A stretch of 64,000 nucleotides of DNA from Anthoceros angustus (lineage: Eukaryota; Plantae; Anthocerotophyta). The translations under genes were made by a program, and so were the position numbers. Under the pieces are notes generated by a model. The model saw nothing but the letters and a program-made list of their open reading frames with translations, had not been told where the DNA came from and did no database searches. Below, piece by piece: positions 12,731 to 26,490 of this stretch; position 1 is the first letter of the stretch, and the number at the start of each line of letters is the position of its first letter. The stretch spans positions 434,001 through 498,000 of the forward strand of contig MU008164.1 in the NCBI GenBank assembly GCA_010909165.1, given 5' to 3'.

Positions 12731-13146
12731 CACCTAGCTGAACCGTCCTCGGAGGAAACCACCGCCTTCGGAGAGAACCTGACAGTGTGCCAATCGCAGA
12801 AAGAAGGGCGGGTGCGACGGAGTGGATGGAGTCGATGGAGCGTGGCCATGCGCCATGGTTGGAGCCAAGAGATGGGCGACAGAGGAAGTTGGGCGAGAGA
12901 GGAAGCTGGAATGGGACGGCGGTGCCGTCACCGTTGGAGCCGATGGAGCGTGACGGCCGTGCCGGTGCCGGTGGAGCCAAAAGTCGACAGGCGGCAGCAG
13001 GTTGGGCGGGACGCGCAAAGAGTCAAGGAGGACGATATGCTTTGAATAACAACGGGTTAGGGTTCTGGAAGTTTCTTGCCGGATGACCTCGTGGCACGCT
13101 TGATTGGTCGGCAGCTTCGTCTACGCCTGCTGCCCGAGGTTCGGGT

Positions 13147-13264
13147 TAGGTTTGGTGGTCTGCTAGGTTTGGTAAGTGCAATTTAGGTTTGGCGCTAGGG
13201 CGAAGCGGCAAACCAATCGCAGATTTAGGTAGGTTTGGAATTTGGTTTGGAATTCTAGGTTTGG
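13147..13264. repeat. Cluster of TAGGTTTGG motifs
   Basis: Copies at 13147, 13164, 13184, 13230 and 13256; a telo-box-like TAGGGTTT at 13323. Confidence 0.6.
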
Positions 13265-15672
13265 TAAATTCAAACAAGGTCTGGTAGAGAGAGAATGGCG
13301 GCGCCGACAGAGGGAGAAGAGTTAGGGTTTTGTATGCTATTTAAACCCTTTCTTCAGATGGCCTTGTCTTTCCCTGGGGTAGCTCCAAGGGCCGAGGTCC
13401 TTCCTCTAGCTGCGTCTTTGTTTTGTAGTCCAAGGTTTCATGTCCGAAGTCGAGGTGCTGTCTAGTTTTGAAGTAGTTTGAAGGCGAATTTGCTGTTTGT
13501 TGTGACGCCGGGTTGTTACTCCGAAAAGGTTGTTCGCCCAAGGCCAAGGTTGTTCGCTCAAGGCCAAGGTTTGCTCATTTTAAAGGCCGGCGTCTGCTTG
13601 TTTTGAGTGTTTGGTCTTTTTGTGCGGCACTTTTCTCCGCTTTTTCGTACCTTGCTACCGTATGCGCTTCTTCTTTGTCGTTTGTGCTGTAGTTTGTTCT
13701 GTTGTTGCGTTTCATGGCGGTTGTTGAGTTGGTGTTCAGGTTTGTTTTGTGCATGCCTCTTTTTCCGCTCCAGGCCGTTGATGACCTTACTTCGAGCCGG
13801 TTGTTTATGTGTGTTCAGGTCTATTGTCTGCCAATGAGGTGCAGGTTAAGCTCTTCTGTGTGTGAAGTCGTTTCCTATGCGTTTTCTGTGTCTTTTTCTG
13901 TTATGCATGCTGTGTCTTTGTCTTTCTTATTACTTCCCTCGAAACCAATATAAAGGCACCGAAGGCCTGCACTGGAGGCTAGTAGGGAGTTTTGAAGTTA
14001 CTGGTTGGACATTGAAGTATGAGCGCTTCGTTTTCATTTATCACGCTCACTTGCGCTTGTTTAGATGGATAATTGGTCTTTTATCTTTTACTGTTTGTTG
14101 GAGTTTGCCGTCGCCGTGTTCACGATGTTCATCTTCAGTCACCGTAAGTCTTCTTATTTTGTTGCTACCGCGTTTCTGGATACATGAAGAAGTTTCCATC
14201 TTTATCTCCTATTTTTGTTTCAGTTGTCGCCTTGTGTTCGTCCATCGTAGAACATAGAGTTTTATGTATGTTCATTGTCCAGTTTGTGAAGGTTTTTGTT
14301 ATTTGTTTCATTTAACATTTGGCTTGATTGTCCTCGGAAGATGTTATGCATCTTCCTGTGAGTTTCCTTATCTTTCGCCTCAAGTCCGTATGTTTCGATG
14401 CAGGGGTTTGCCGGAAGCTTGAAAAAGATCCGGACTTAACTGAATGTATACTCTGGAAAGAAAAACTGGTACGATCGTTTTTTGTTTGGTTGTGTCTTCC
14501 GTTTAGGGCTTTCAAGCCTCACCATTGATTTCCGTGTTGTTGTCATTGTATAGCTTTGCGCTCTTTTGGTTGTGTCGTTACTTTACCTTTGTGTTGGTTG
14601 CTTTCTTCTCCATAAGTTTGCTTATCTCCGGCATTCATTGTCTTGTAGATTGGCAATAAAGTTTTGTCAGCTTTGTAGCTTCCCTTCAGTTAATTATTTC
14701 CAGTATGTTTTGTCATGCAGACGAGTTTGGGCGGCTTGAAGAATATCCGATCGTAACTGGATAATACTGCAGGAAGTAATTCTGGTGCGATTTCATTCTT
14801 TGTTTCAAATTGTTTGTTTGACTGTGTCATTTCAGGACTTCATTATATATAGTTTCTTTGTTTTGTTTGTGGCGTTTTCAGCGTTTGCTGTTAGCTTTGT
14901 TTGGTGCTTTTCAGTTGCTTACTTCGTATGTCTTGGCGAGCGTGGAGAGTGGGGGCTTGAACAAGATCCTGAAGAAACCTGAAAATTCTGTCAGTAGGCA
15001 ACCGTGTATGTTTTCATCTTTGTGTCAAACTGTTGTTTGTCTGTTACGTTCTCTGCGGTTCTGTCTGCTAAATCGCTATCTCGACTGCTAACCGCAGTGA
15101 TCATCGTTGTTTTACCTTTACACAGTTGTCTGGCTGGTTCACTGTCTGTCTGTGTCTTTGACTTGTCTGATATACATTGTCTGTGTCTATTTCTTAATAT
15201 TTTCAGTGTGCTTAATTTATGTTTTCTATGCAGGTTTAAGAGGTAGTTGCGGGGATCAATCTTAACTGGTATTTACTCTATATTATTTTAATTTGTATTT
15301 CATGCCATTCTGGATATGCAGGAAACTCTGCAAAGAAAAGGTTTCTTTGTTGGTTTTTTTGTATATCCTGGATCCGCATGAATGGTATTTACGAATATGT
15401 TTTATCGCCGGTTAGCGATTTGGTGGGATTTCTAGAATGAGCTTTCATCTAGATGTACCTATTCACTTAGAGTCAATTTTTTCACCCTGCCTCGATTTCA
15501 ACATTTATGGTGGATTTTCACCCGACATGCCATGTTTTCTCTCTATTGTAATAGATTTTACTATATTGAGTAAAAAAATGACCAAATGGTCAATTCTCTC
15601 TAGAAATCTACCCTCTCGCCCCGAAAAATCGAACTAGCGGGCCGAGGCCCCAGACGAGGCCGCGACTTTACG

Positions 15673-18600
15673 TCCTCAGGGAGCATAATGACTTGATCTG
15701 ACAACCAAAGTGAGAGCGCCGCTTAACCACGAGCTCCCTCGTTGATGGAATCCTTCAAACATACGGCCAAGATTGCGTAATATTTCTAACACATAAAGAA
15801 AAGGAGGAAGAAGGATACAAATGAAAAGAACCCACCGTGATATCTAGCCTCCAAGAAGGGTTGTTGTTGTTAAAGTCCTTCACATTGCTTTAAATTAGAT
15901 GGAATGCAAATATTTGATTGACTTGATTAAAATAATTTACAATTCTTGATATATTTAAAGGTTTAAAGGTTGGAAGAGTGTTATCTAGTCATCTTCACAA
16001 CAAAAAGTACTTCAAAATACACAACTTTACGATCATGTGAAACCTTGGGGCATCTAGAGGTTTGGAAAATCGGTCATTTAAGAATCATGTGACACATAGA
16101 GTCGTAGGGTAGCCTTGAGCATCCTTTAAAACCTCAATTCTAGATTTTGGGTTGAATAGGGGCTTGTCACACGCAGACAGAGTGCCTTCCATTTTATCTC
16201 TACTACCACCTCCAAGTAGCGAAGTGCTTGTCTTAGATGCATGATCCATATATGTTACTACCCGAGCACAATGACCTCATCACATTCTTGCAAGTTTACC
16301 TCAAAGCTTGGTTAGCGTTTTCATGTTGCATTGAGCGTGACTGTTGGATATGTCAATGGAGTTTGACAAGCTCGGCCGAGGACGTGATGAAGACTCCTCC
16401 TCACGTCGCTTTGAGGACATTCTCCTAAGCCTTTGATCATACGCTTGAGAGCCTCCGAGGACCGATTGCTTCAAGGCTGCGGTGAAGACTGGAATTGCCA
16501 CCTAGCTTTCCCTTGAGTTTCTAGAGGCATAATGGCTGGTTGCAATGAACCATATCAATTAAATCTTGAAACTATCCATGTCATGCTATTGATAGAAACG
16601 TCTGGCGCTTTTTCATGAAGCAGCGTGGTCTCGGTCTTTGCCGCCACAGGGCGCAGAGGCATTTAATTGGCATAAGCTAGCTTGGTGTGGCATAAGCCAT
16701 TGTTGCATCTTCTCTGCATCTGTCTTGCAAAATTGTTAGAAATCTATAGGATTGGTGCAACACATCCCATATTAGAGTTCGGAGAATAAGTCATAAAAGT
16801 GTTTAGGACAATACCAGATCCGAGATAGGATTCATACCTATTGAGAGTAGTCAAGGCCAAGGGCTATATGTATGCATAGCACACTTTTTGAATGTATTGA
16901 ACTTGGGACTTATTGTTTTCTAACGAAATCCCATCTCTCCAAGTTCCCGGTTGCTCCTTCTTCTTCCGCTCTTCACCCAAGCGGTGGAGATGGCTTCCCT
17001 GGCGTATGGCGATCGAGGCAGCTATGGATCCGGAGGCGATTCCTATGGTGGGTTGCATGCTTGCATGATCGTGAGCTAGGTCCTCCTCTCTTGCATCACA
17101 TTCGACTAGTGCGGGTCCACGGCTCCACGACCGAATGCGGCGCGGTCGCATCTGACGGTCTCCACAAGTTTTGCTTATGTTGCGGATGCCTTTGCTTTTG
17201 CCTTTGGCTTGCCTTGGTGCCTAGTCGGCGTCACTTTGGGTTGTCACGAAGATGGTGCGGATATTGATGTCCACGGGATGCTTGCAAGTGGTGACACGGC
17301 GTGGTTCTGTCCGGAGGGCGGACAATCAAACCACGCGGCACCCGGTTCTTCCCTAATCGGCCCGTGTCCGGAGCATGCAAGGTGAGGTTTTGCCCGGGCA
17401 TGCATGCGATCTTTGAGTGGGTGCCTCGGTTGGGGATCTCGGGCGGCCTAGCTATTTGCATCCTCCTTGGAATGCAAGGCATTCCTCACAGCGTGATTTT
17501 AATATGCGGCATCGATTTCCATGTCGCTCGGGTTGTCATATGGGCGGGCCGGACCGTATTTGGACAACCTTTGTTGGAAGATCAAGAGAGGCGTGGGTAC
17601 AAGCTTGCGTATACATACGCCGAGGCGGCGGGTTTGATTTCCGTACATTTGCGCATCGCATCTCCCTTCCGCGTGCCTTGTCCTAGGCTAGGTCGATGGT
17701 TGTGGCGTCGTGTTGTTGCGGGGACGCGAGTCGCTCCGGCCACATTGACAAATTCGAGGACAAGCGCGGCATTTCTTTTGTAGCATCTGCGCTGCGAGGA
17801 GATCGTGTCGAAGGCACAGTGCGTAACATCTCCAAAGTCCCTAGGCGTGCTAGGTATCTTTGCGCTTAAGGAGCTAGGCGGGGAATTGATTTGGTGGGTT
17901 CGGTGGTCGTTGGATGCATCTGCGAGCTACTTTGGCGTCGGGATTACGATGACGAGTGGATTCGCTTCAAGATAACCAAGGGTGACTTCATCATCCTCCC
18001 TCCGGGATGTACCATGATTCACCCGACGAATCCTTATTCATCAAGGTTCGGCTCTCTCTTGCCGTCTGCCTAGGCTGGCGGTGTTCTCTTTGTTACAACT
18101 TTCAATAAAGGTCTTGCAAGGAAGCTTGTGGCTGGCTTGAAGATTGTACCATTGAGGTGCATTTAGGTGTTGGTGGGTTAATATTAAGGCATGCGGCATT
18201 GAGGCTCTTCATGGAGGTGCCTTCCTTACGAGACCCGACCCACCGACAAGATCGGCCAACTACGGAGATCGCCGAGATGATAACGGACAAATTGGAAGCC
18301 CGGTGAGTTAACGTTGCTTCAACCGCATCACCCTAACCATGTCCGGCTCATAATGCTCATGTACGGTTTCGACATAAATCTTGCCGCTTTGTTTTGTCTC
18401 GCTTGATGTACAGGCTTACGTCGCCAAGATCGCATAGATCTCATCCATCCTCTTAGGAGCCTAACTAGCCTTCACGGCAAAAGCGCAAAGGATGGGTCAG
18501 TTCCGACTTCAAGGAGTTGATGATGCAACTAGTTTGAATTGCATGTACCAAACGATTATTTGATGCCGTGAAAGAATATGATTGATTGGCTGTCTATCTA

Positions 18601-18843
18601 GTCACCATTCGATTTCGGTTCAGTTTGTGAGCACCTTGCAATTGCTCACCGCGAGAACTGCCGTTTAGATCCCGCCTTTTTGGGAGGGTACGGCTCCGGG
18701 CCTCCGCCCGAACCGGAGGCCTGGTTTGAACCGGGTGCCGCCAAGTTTCCTCTTCCTCGCGCCTACATTTTTTGTTTCATAAACCGGCCCATTCCCCTAG
18801 CTGTCGGTGACGTGGCATTCAAGCCATTGGCTACCAAGTTTTG
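15673..18843 (+). repeat. ~3.2-kb tandem repeat unit, copy 2
   Basis: Direct head-to-tail repeat with copies 3 and 4. Confidence 0.95.
17252..18305 (+). pseudogene. ARD: Acireductone dioxygenase, copy 2
   Basis: [23 protein letters not shown], plus the other ARD exons as in copy 1. Confidence 0.85.
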
Positions 18844-21800
18844 TCCTCAGGGAGCATAGTGACTTGACTGACAACCAGTGAGAGCGTCCCGGTTAAGTGA
18901 ACGCCTACGAGCTCCCGCCCGTTGATGGAATCCTTCAAACATACGGCCAAGATTGCGTAATATTTCTAACACATAAAGAAAAGGAGGAAGAAGGATACAA
19001 ATGAAAAGAACCCACCCTCGTATATCTAGCCTCCATAAAGGGTTGTTGTTGTTAAAGTCCTTCACATTGCTTTAAATTAGATGGAATGCAAATATTTGAT
19101 TGACTTGATTAAAATAATTTACAATTCTTGATATATTTAAAGGTTTAAAGGTTGGAAGAGTGTTATCTAGTCATCTTCACAACAAAAAGTACTTCAAAAT
19201 ACCCGTCAACTACGATCATGTGAAACCTTGGGGCATCTAGAGGTTTGGAAAATCTGGTCATTTCGTAATCATGTGACACATAGAGTCGTAGGGTAGCCTT
19301 GAGCATCCTTTAAAAGCCTCAATTCTAGATTTTGGGTTGAATAGGGGCTTGCATCCGCAGATAGAGTGCCTTCCATTTTATCTCTACACGCCACCTCCAA
19401 GGAGCGGAGTGCTTGCTTGGCGATGCATGATCCATATATGTTACTACCCGACACAATGACCTCATCGTCACATTCTTGCAAGTTTACCTCAAAGCTTGGT
19501 TAGCGTTTTCATGGAGCATTGAACGTGACCTGGATATGTCAATGGAGTTTGACAAGCCCTGGGCCGAGGGCGTGATGAAGACTCCTCCTCGTCAGTTCGG
19601 ACATTCTCCTAAGCCTTTGATCATACGCTTGAGAGCCTCCGAGGACCGATTGCTTCAAGCTGCGCGGTGAAGGCTGGAATTGCCACCTAGCTTTCCCTTG
19701 AGTTTCTAGAGGCATAATGGCTGGTTGCAATGAACCATATCAATTAAATCTTGAAACTATCCATGTCATGCTATTGATAGAAACGTACGCTTTTTTCATG
19801 AACGGCGTGGTCTCGGTCTTTGCTAAGCCACGGGCACAGCCATTTAATAATAAGCTAGCTTGGTGTGGCATAAGCCATTGTTGCATCTTCTCTGCATCCG
19901 TGTCTTGCAAAATTGTTAGAAATCTATAGGATTGGTGCAACACATCCCATATTAGAGTTCGGAGAATAAGTCATAAAAGTGTTTAGGACAATACCAGGAT
20001 CCGAGATAGGATTCATACCTATTGAGAGTAGTCAAGGCCAAGGGCTATATATGTATGCATAGCACACTTTTTGAATGTATTGAACTTGGGACTTATTGTT
20101 TTCTAGCAATCCCCATCTCCAAGTTCCCAGTTGCTCCTTCTTCTTCCCTCTTCACCCAAGCAGGCGAGATGGCTTCCTTCCAGCGTATGGATCGAGGCGG
20201 CTATGGATCCGGAGCAGATTCCTATGGTGGGTTGCATGCTTGCATGATCGTGAAACTAGGTCCTCCTCTCTTGCATCACATTCAGACTAGCGGGTCCACG
20301 GCTCCACGACCGGAATGCGCGCGGTCCGCATCTACGGCCGGTCTCCACAAGTTTTGCTTATGTTGCGGATGCCTTTGCTTTTGCCTTTGGCTTGCCTTGT
20401 GATCGCCTAGTCGGCGTCACTTTGGGTTGTCAGCGAAGATGGTGCGGATATTGATGTCCACGGGATGCTTGCAAGTAGGTGACACGGGCGTGGTTCTACG
20501 GAGGCAGCGACAATCAAACCACGCGGCACCAGTTCTTCCCTAATCGGCCCGTGTCCCGAGCATCGCAAGGTGAGGTTTTGCCCGAGCATCGCATGCGCCT
20601 TTTGAGTGGGTGCCTCGGTTGGGGATCTCGGGGCGGCCTAGCTATTTGCATCCTCCTGAATGCAAGGCATTCCTCCCACGTGATTTTAATATGCGGCATC
20701 GATTTCCATGTCGCTCGGGTTGTCATATGGAAGCCGGACGCCACACGATTTGGACAACCTTTGTTGGAAGATCAAGAGAGCGTGGGTACAAGCATCACAG
20801 ACGATATACGCCGAGGCGCGGGTTTGATTCCGTACATTTGCGAGATCGCATCTCCCTTCCGCGTGCCTTGTCCTAGGCTAGGTCGATGGTTGTGGCGTCG
20901 TGTTGTTGACGCCACGGCCGCTCCCGCCACATTGACAAATTCGAGGACAAGGCGCGGCATTTCTTTGTGGAGCATCTGCGACGCTGGGAGATCGATTCGT
21001 GCTCAAGGCACCGGCGCCAACATCTCCAAAGTCCCCTAGACGTGCTAGGTATCTTTGCGCTTAAGGAGCTAGCTGTACTTCGGCCGGATTGATTTGGTGG
21101 GTTCGGTGGTCGTTGGATGCATGCTGCAGGCTACTTTGACGTGCGGGATTACGATGACGAGTGGATTCGCTTCAAGATAACCAAGGGTGACTTCATCATC
21201 CTCCCTCCCGGGATGTACCACAGATTCACCCTGGACGAATCCTTATTCATCAAGGTTCGGCTCTCTTGCTCTCGCCTAGTCGGCTGTTCTCTTTGTTACA
21301 ACTTGCTTTCAATAAAGGTCTTGCAAGGAAGCTTGTGGCTGGCTTGAAGATTGTACCATTGAGGTGCATTTAGGTGTTGGTGGGTTAATATTATTGGAAC
21401 CGGTGTGCATTGAGGCTCTTCATGGAGGTGCCTTCATGATGCACAGGACTGCACCCACCGACAAGATCGGCCAACTACACGGAGATCGCCGAGATGATAA
21501 CGCTGACAAATTGGAAGCCCGGTGAGTTAACGTTGCTTCAACCCAGCATCACCTAACCACTGTCCATTTCATAATGCTCATGTACGGTTTCGACATAAAT
21601 CTTGCCGCTTTGTTTTGTCTCGCTTGATGGCGGCTTACGCCAAGATCGCATGTAGATCTCATCCATCCTCTTAGGGAGCCTAACCTAGCCTTCACGGGCA
21701 AAACTGCAAAGGATGGGCTGTTAGTTCCGACTTCCAAGGAGTTGATGATGCAACTAGTTTGAATTGCATGTACCAAACCAGTATTTGATGCCGTGAAAGA

Positions 21801-22059
21801 ATATGATTGATTGGCTGTCTATCTAGTCACCGTTCCAGTTTCCAGTTCCTGTTTGTGAGCACCTTGCAATTGCTCACCGCAGGGCACGGCCGTTTTAGAT
21901 CCCGCCTTTTTGGGAGGGAGAAGGCTCGCCTCCGCCCAACCGAGGCCTGGTTTGAACCGGTGCCGCCAAGTTTCCTCTTCCTCGCGCCTACATTTTTGTT
22001 TCATAAACCGCCCATTCCCTAGCCCGGGTGACGTGGCATTCAAGCCATTGGCTGTTTTG
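18844..22059 (+). repeat. ~3.2-kb tandem repeat unit, copy 3
   Basis: Direct head-to-tail repeat. Confidence 0.95.
20439..21525 (+). pseudogene. ARD: Acireductone dioxygenase, copy 3 (best preserved)
   Basis: Intact exon [42 protein letters not shown]; FFVEHL..EI metal-binding segment upstream. Confidence 0.9.
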
Positions 22060-23976
22060 TCCTCGGGAGCATAGTGACTTGACGACAACCAAAGTGAGAG
22101 CGTCCGGTTAAGTGAACGCCTCGAGCTCCATGATGGAATCCTTCAAACATACGGCCAAGATTGCGTAATATTTCTAACACATAAAGAAAAGGAGGGGAAG
22201 AAGGATACAAATGAAAAGAACCCAATCAGTATATCTAGCCTCCATAAAGGGTTGTTGTTGTTAAAGTCCTTCACATTGCTTTAAATTAGATGGAATGCAA
22301 ATATTTGATTGACTTGATTAAAATAATTTACAATTCTTGATATATTTAAAGGTTTAAAGGTTGGAAGAGTGTTATCTAGTCATCTTCACAACAAAAAGTA
22401 CTTCAAAATACCCGTCAACTTTACGATCATGTGAAACCTTGGGGCATCTAGAGGTTTGGAAAATACCGGTCATTTCGTAATCATGTGACACATAGAGTCG
22501 TAGGGTAGCCTTGAGCATCCTTTAAAACTGCCTCAATTCTAGATTTTGGGTTGAATAGGGGCTTGCTGTCACTGCAGATAGAGTGCCTTCCATCTTATCT
22601 CTACACTGCCACCTCCAAGGAGCGGAGTGCTTGCGCCGATGCATGATCCATATATGTTACTACCCGACACAATGACCTCATCGTCACATTCTTGCAAGTT
22701 TACCTCAAAGCTTGCTAGCGCGTTACGACCGCCGCATTGAACGTGACCTGGATATGTCAATGGAGTTTGACAAGCTTTGGCGAGGACGTGATGAAGACTC
22801 CTCCTCACCGGTGGGACATTCTCCTAAGCCTTTGATCATACGCTTGAGAGCCTCCGAGGGACCGATTGCTTCAAGCGAAGACCGGAATTGCCACCTAGCT
22901 TTCCCTTGAGTTTCTAGAGGCATAATGGCTAGTTTGCAATGAACCATATTAATTAAATCTTGAAACTATCCATGTCATGCTATTGATAGAACGCACGCGC
23001 TTTTTCATGAAACGGCGTGGTCTCTTGCCGCCCATGTAGCCCCATTTAATTGGCATAAGCTAGCTTGGTGTGGCATAAGCCATTGTTGCATCTTCTCTGC
23101 ATCCGTGTCTTGCAAAATTGTTAGAAATCTATAGGATTGGTGCAACACATCCCATATTAGAGTTCGGAGAATAAGTCATAAAAGTGTTTAGGACAATACC
23201 AGGATCCGAGATAGGATTCATACCTATTGAGAGTAGTCAAGGCCAAGGGCTATATATGTATGCATAGCACACTTTTTGAATGTATTGAACTTGGGACTTA
23301 TTGTTTTCTAGTAATCCCCATCTCCAAGTTCCCTGGTTGCCTTCTTCTTCCCGCTCTTCACCCAAGCAGCAGAGATGGCTTCTCCGGCACAGCATGATCG
23401 AGACGGGGCTATGGATCCGGAGGATTCCTATGGTGGGTTGCATGCTTGCATGATCGAGAGCTAGGTCCTCCTCTCTTGCATCACATTCCACTAGCGGGTC
23501 CATGACTCCACGACCGAATGCGCCGGTCCGCATCTACGGCCGGTCTCCAAGTTTTGCTTATGTTGCGGATGCCTTTGCTTTTGCCTTTGGCTTGCCTTTG
23601 CTTATTAGTCGGCGTCACTTTGCCAGCGAAGATGGTGCGGATATTGATGTCCACGGGATGCTTGCAAGTAGGTGACACGGCGTGGTTCTACAATCCGGAG
23701 GGCGACAATCAAACCACGCGGCACCTTCTTCCCTAATCGGCCCGTGTCCCCGAGCATCCGCAAGGTGAGGTTTTGCCCGAGCATCATGCGATCTTTGAGT
23801 GGGTGCCTCGGTTGGGGGATCTCGGGGGGCCGAGGCGGCCTAGCTATTTGCATCCCTCCTTGGAATGCAAGGCATTCCTCCCTGACGTAATTTTAATATG
23901 CGGCATCGATTTCCATGTGCAGCGCTCGGAGTTGTCATATGGAAGCTGGACGCCGACACGTATTTGGACAACCCAC
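22060..23976 (+). repeat. Tandem repeat unit, copy 4, left part (ARD 5' half at 23632-23976)
   Basis: Colinear with the other units up to the CACTA insertion. Confidence 0.9.
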
Positions 23977-25220
23977 CACTACTACAATCCGTAATAAAAA
24001 ATGACGTATTGTATGATGTGCTAGTGACGAATTGAAAGGAGAAATGACGCGGCCCCCGTTCCGGCCTGCGTCATTTATTACGTCACCTAAACAACGTCAC
24101 CCGCTATGCAAAATGACGTGTGAACCGCCCACCGGCTTTATGGTGAGGATCCGGGTAAAACTTAGCTCACCGGTTGAGCAAACCGAAAGCAACCGACGGT
24201 GTTTGTTGGGTGCCTCCCCGTCACCGTGCGGGCGGCACCGATGGCATGCCGGTCCGCGTCCTCGCGGAGCGGCATTGCACCGTCCCCACGTCTCCCCAAC
24301 ATTTAGGGAACCATACGGTCGCCACCGGTATGTATTTGGCCTCTAAACCACCACGTGTGGTGTGCGGCGGGGCAGGGGCGACCTTTATGTCATCTCGAAC
24401 TTTCAAAATGCCCGGCCGGCGTGCCCAAATTCAAAATCAAAAGTTAAATACGTTTTACTTTTTACAATAGGAGTAACTCTTATGGACTATAGTAATAACA
24501 ACTAACCACCGTCGGCAACCTGGGTTACATTACCGCACGCTGCCCGCGTGCTGCCAACCCGGCAAAATCAACATTCAGAAGCATAGCGCGCAGTCGAGAT
24601 TGGAGGATTGGTGCTTGCGACGGGTGCTCTCTTCCGTGTACTCGCTTGCTTCATCCCACCGGCTTCGACCGTGTACTAACCCACGTTTACCCCTTTCCTT
24701 CGCCGTCTTCTACCAAACAGCACACCCCACATTACCACATCAACACTGGATTGTCCGGATAACATCGTCACCATTGCATCCCAAATTGTGGCCTAGCAAT
24801 TGGGTGGAGAGACACTCACCCCACCACTGTGTCTTCCCTCTCGGGTCCACACAAACACCCCACCGGTTTGTACTCATTCCTCATTCTCAGATCCGCGACA
24901 CGCGACTTCCGCTGAACCCACGTAGTATGATGCCTCGGACATGCTCCATTGGCGGGCACACCTTACTCACGATTTAGTTTGTGCACGGGTAACCCTCTTG
25001 CTTCGCATCGGGTTGCAAGATCCGGGCGGGGTAGTTGCGTTGTAGGGACAATTACCGTCGATGGCTGGTCCTCCTCTTCCCGCCCACTCCGTTTAGGTGT
25101 GCTGCCGGTGGACGCTGTTTGTCTTACCTCGTTGCCCCCCCCGACCTTGCCAAAATAACACGACAAGTATCAGTCACCCCCAACAGATGAATCTACTACA
25201 AACGAGCACCAAACGACGGG

Positions 25221-26490
25221 TCACATTGTAGCATGTCTACTAGTACCGACAAATGCTCCTTGTCGATCACGTGCTGCCCTGAATCGGGCTATGCCTTCAA
25301 GGTCGTGTGTCTTGCACCATTCGGTTTCATCCCTGGTCGGCATCTCTCCCCACCGAGCGTAAAATGCTTTTCGGAACTCAGTTGCACCCCCCCGACCATA
25401 TGGGTTCGAGCCTGCACCATTGTGCTTCCTTAAAGCGTGCCTCTCAGCTGCCCGGTCATGTCGCGCCACACACCATCACCTCTCTCAAGTTCCGCACTCC
25501 AATTTGCATGAGCTTCCAATCCTCCTCTCACATCGAGCCCAAGCGCAAATCCTCATCCCGCACACCTTGTCTCCTCATTTGGGCCGCAACCTTGACTCGT
25601 GGTAACACACGGAAATTCCTCTCTTGTTGACTTGGACAATTTGTGGTGTATGAAATCTCGGTTGGTGATGTGGAAAGACCTCTCTGACAAAGATCCACAA
25701 GCTCACCTCAGAGCCATGGAATGTTCTGTGTAGGGCTTCAACAAGGTCAAGCGAGTTGAGACCAACTCGAAATCCGCCGGTGGAAAGCGAGACTTGTCCC
25801 TAGTGTTCACTCCTCCGATAATCAAAGACTCATTTGGTGTGTCACCAATCGCCTTGGAACAAGGCTCGAGCACAATCGCGCTCGCGCTTCAAGCAACAAC
25901 TTGGCCTTCCCATGCACCTCCAAAAGCGGCCCGTCGGACATCACTAAGGGAAAGCATTCGCAGGTTCATGAGCGCACAAATTGGTTGGGACACTCTCCAG
26001 CCTCGAAATCGTTTCCAAGCCAAAGCTTCTAAGTCCTCGTCTTCTGCATCCGCACCGCGGTGTTGGCCATCCCCTTCCAGTTGGTGGAGACCAGCGTCTT
26101 CCTCTCCATCGTCGGACCACTCCAGCAAAGCCTCAACTTGTGCTCTCGACACTACCGACATGGTCTACCCCCAACTCACAAGAGCGACATCCTCCTGCAG
26201 CAACAACGGTGTGAGTATGAAAATGGAGAGTATAGGCAGAATGAAGTCAAGGTATGTGCTCAGCGTGCAGGGCAACGTTGTCCGCCTCTTCCTTACGTCT
26301 GCAATTCTCTGTGCCAAAGTTTTTTGTGATTCCTCTCCTTTACGCCTCTCACAGCGGGCGTCTTGCCCTGCACGCCTACTTCCACTTGGTACAATGCACA
26401 TCGCCGTCGAGCGCTCATAACTCAATAGCCACCGCCGCATCTGGCCGAATTTGTTGACGCCCATCGCCCGAGACCGCCATAGAAGAGACA
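25221..26490 (-). pseudogene. Probable CACTA ORF2/TnpA-like remnant
   Basis: Downstream of and co-oriented with TnpD; HNGAGSNPYG and KRFRGWR segments. Identity inferred mainly from position. Confidence 0.4.

Larger units (their letters stand above)
10400..15672 (-). mobile_element. 5.3-kb insertion in the ARD array with asymmetric inverted repeats and a terminal hairpin (non-autonomous Helitron/Helentron- or Pack-type element)
   Basis: The flanks CCAAGTTTGT and TCCTCAGGGAGC rejoin to the uninterrupted junction at 18834-18855. A 27-bp inverted repeat (10475-10501 vs 15646-15672) matches at 22/27. Hairpin ACGGCC...GGCCGT at 10407-10435. Confidence 0.6.

Noticed and set aside
13147-13330. Interstitial telomere
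   Set aside because: The motif is TAGGTTTGG, dispersed, and not a tandem TTTAGGG array.
18847-20400. Second gene on the minus strand of the 3.2-kb repeat unit
   Set aside because: Stop codons are shared by all copies in every frame examined and no motif was recognised; at most an old remnant.
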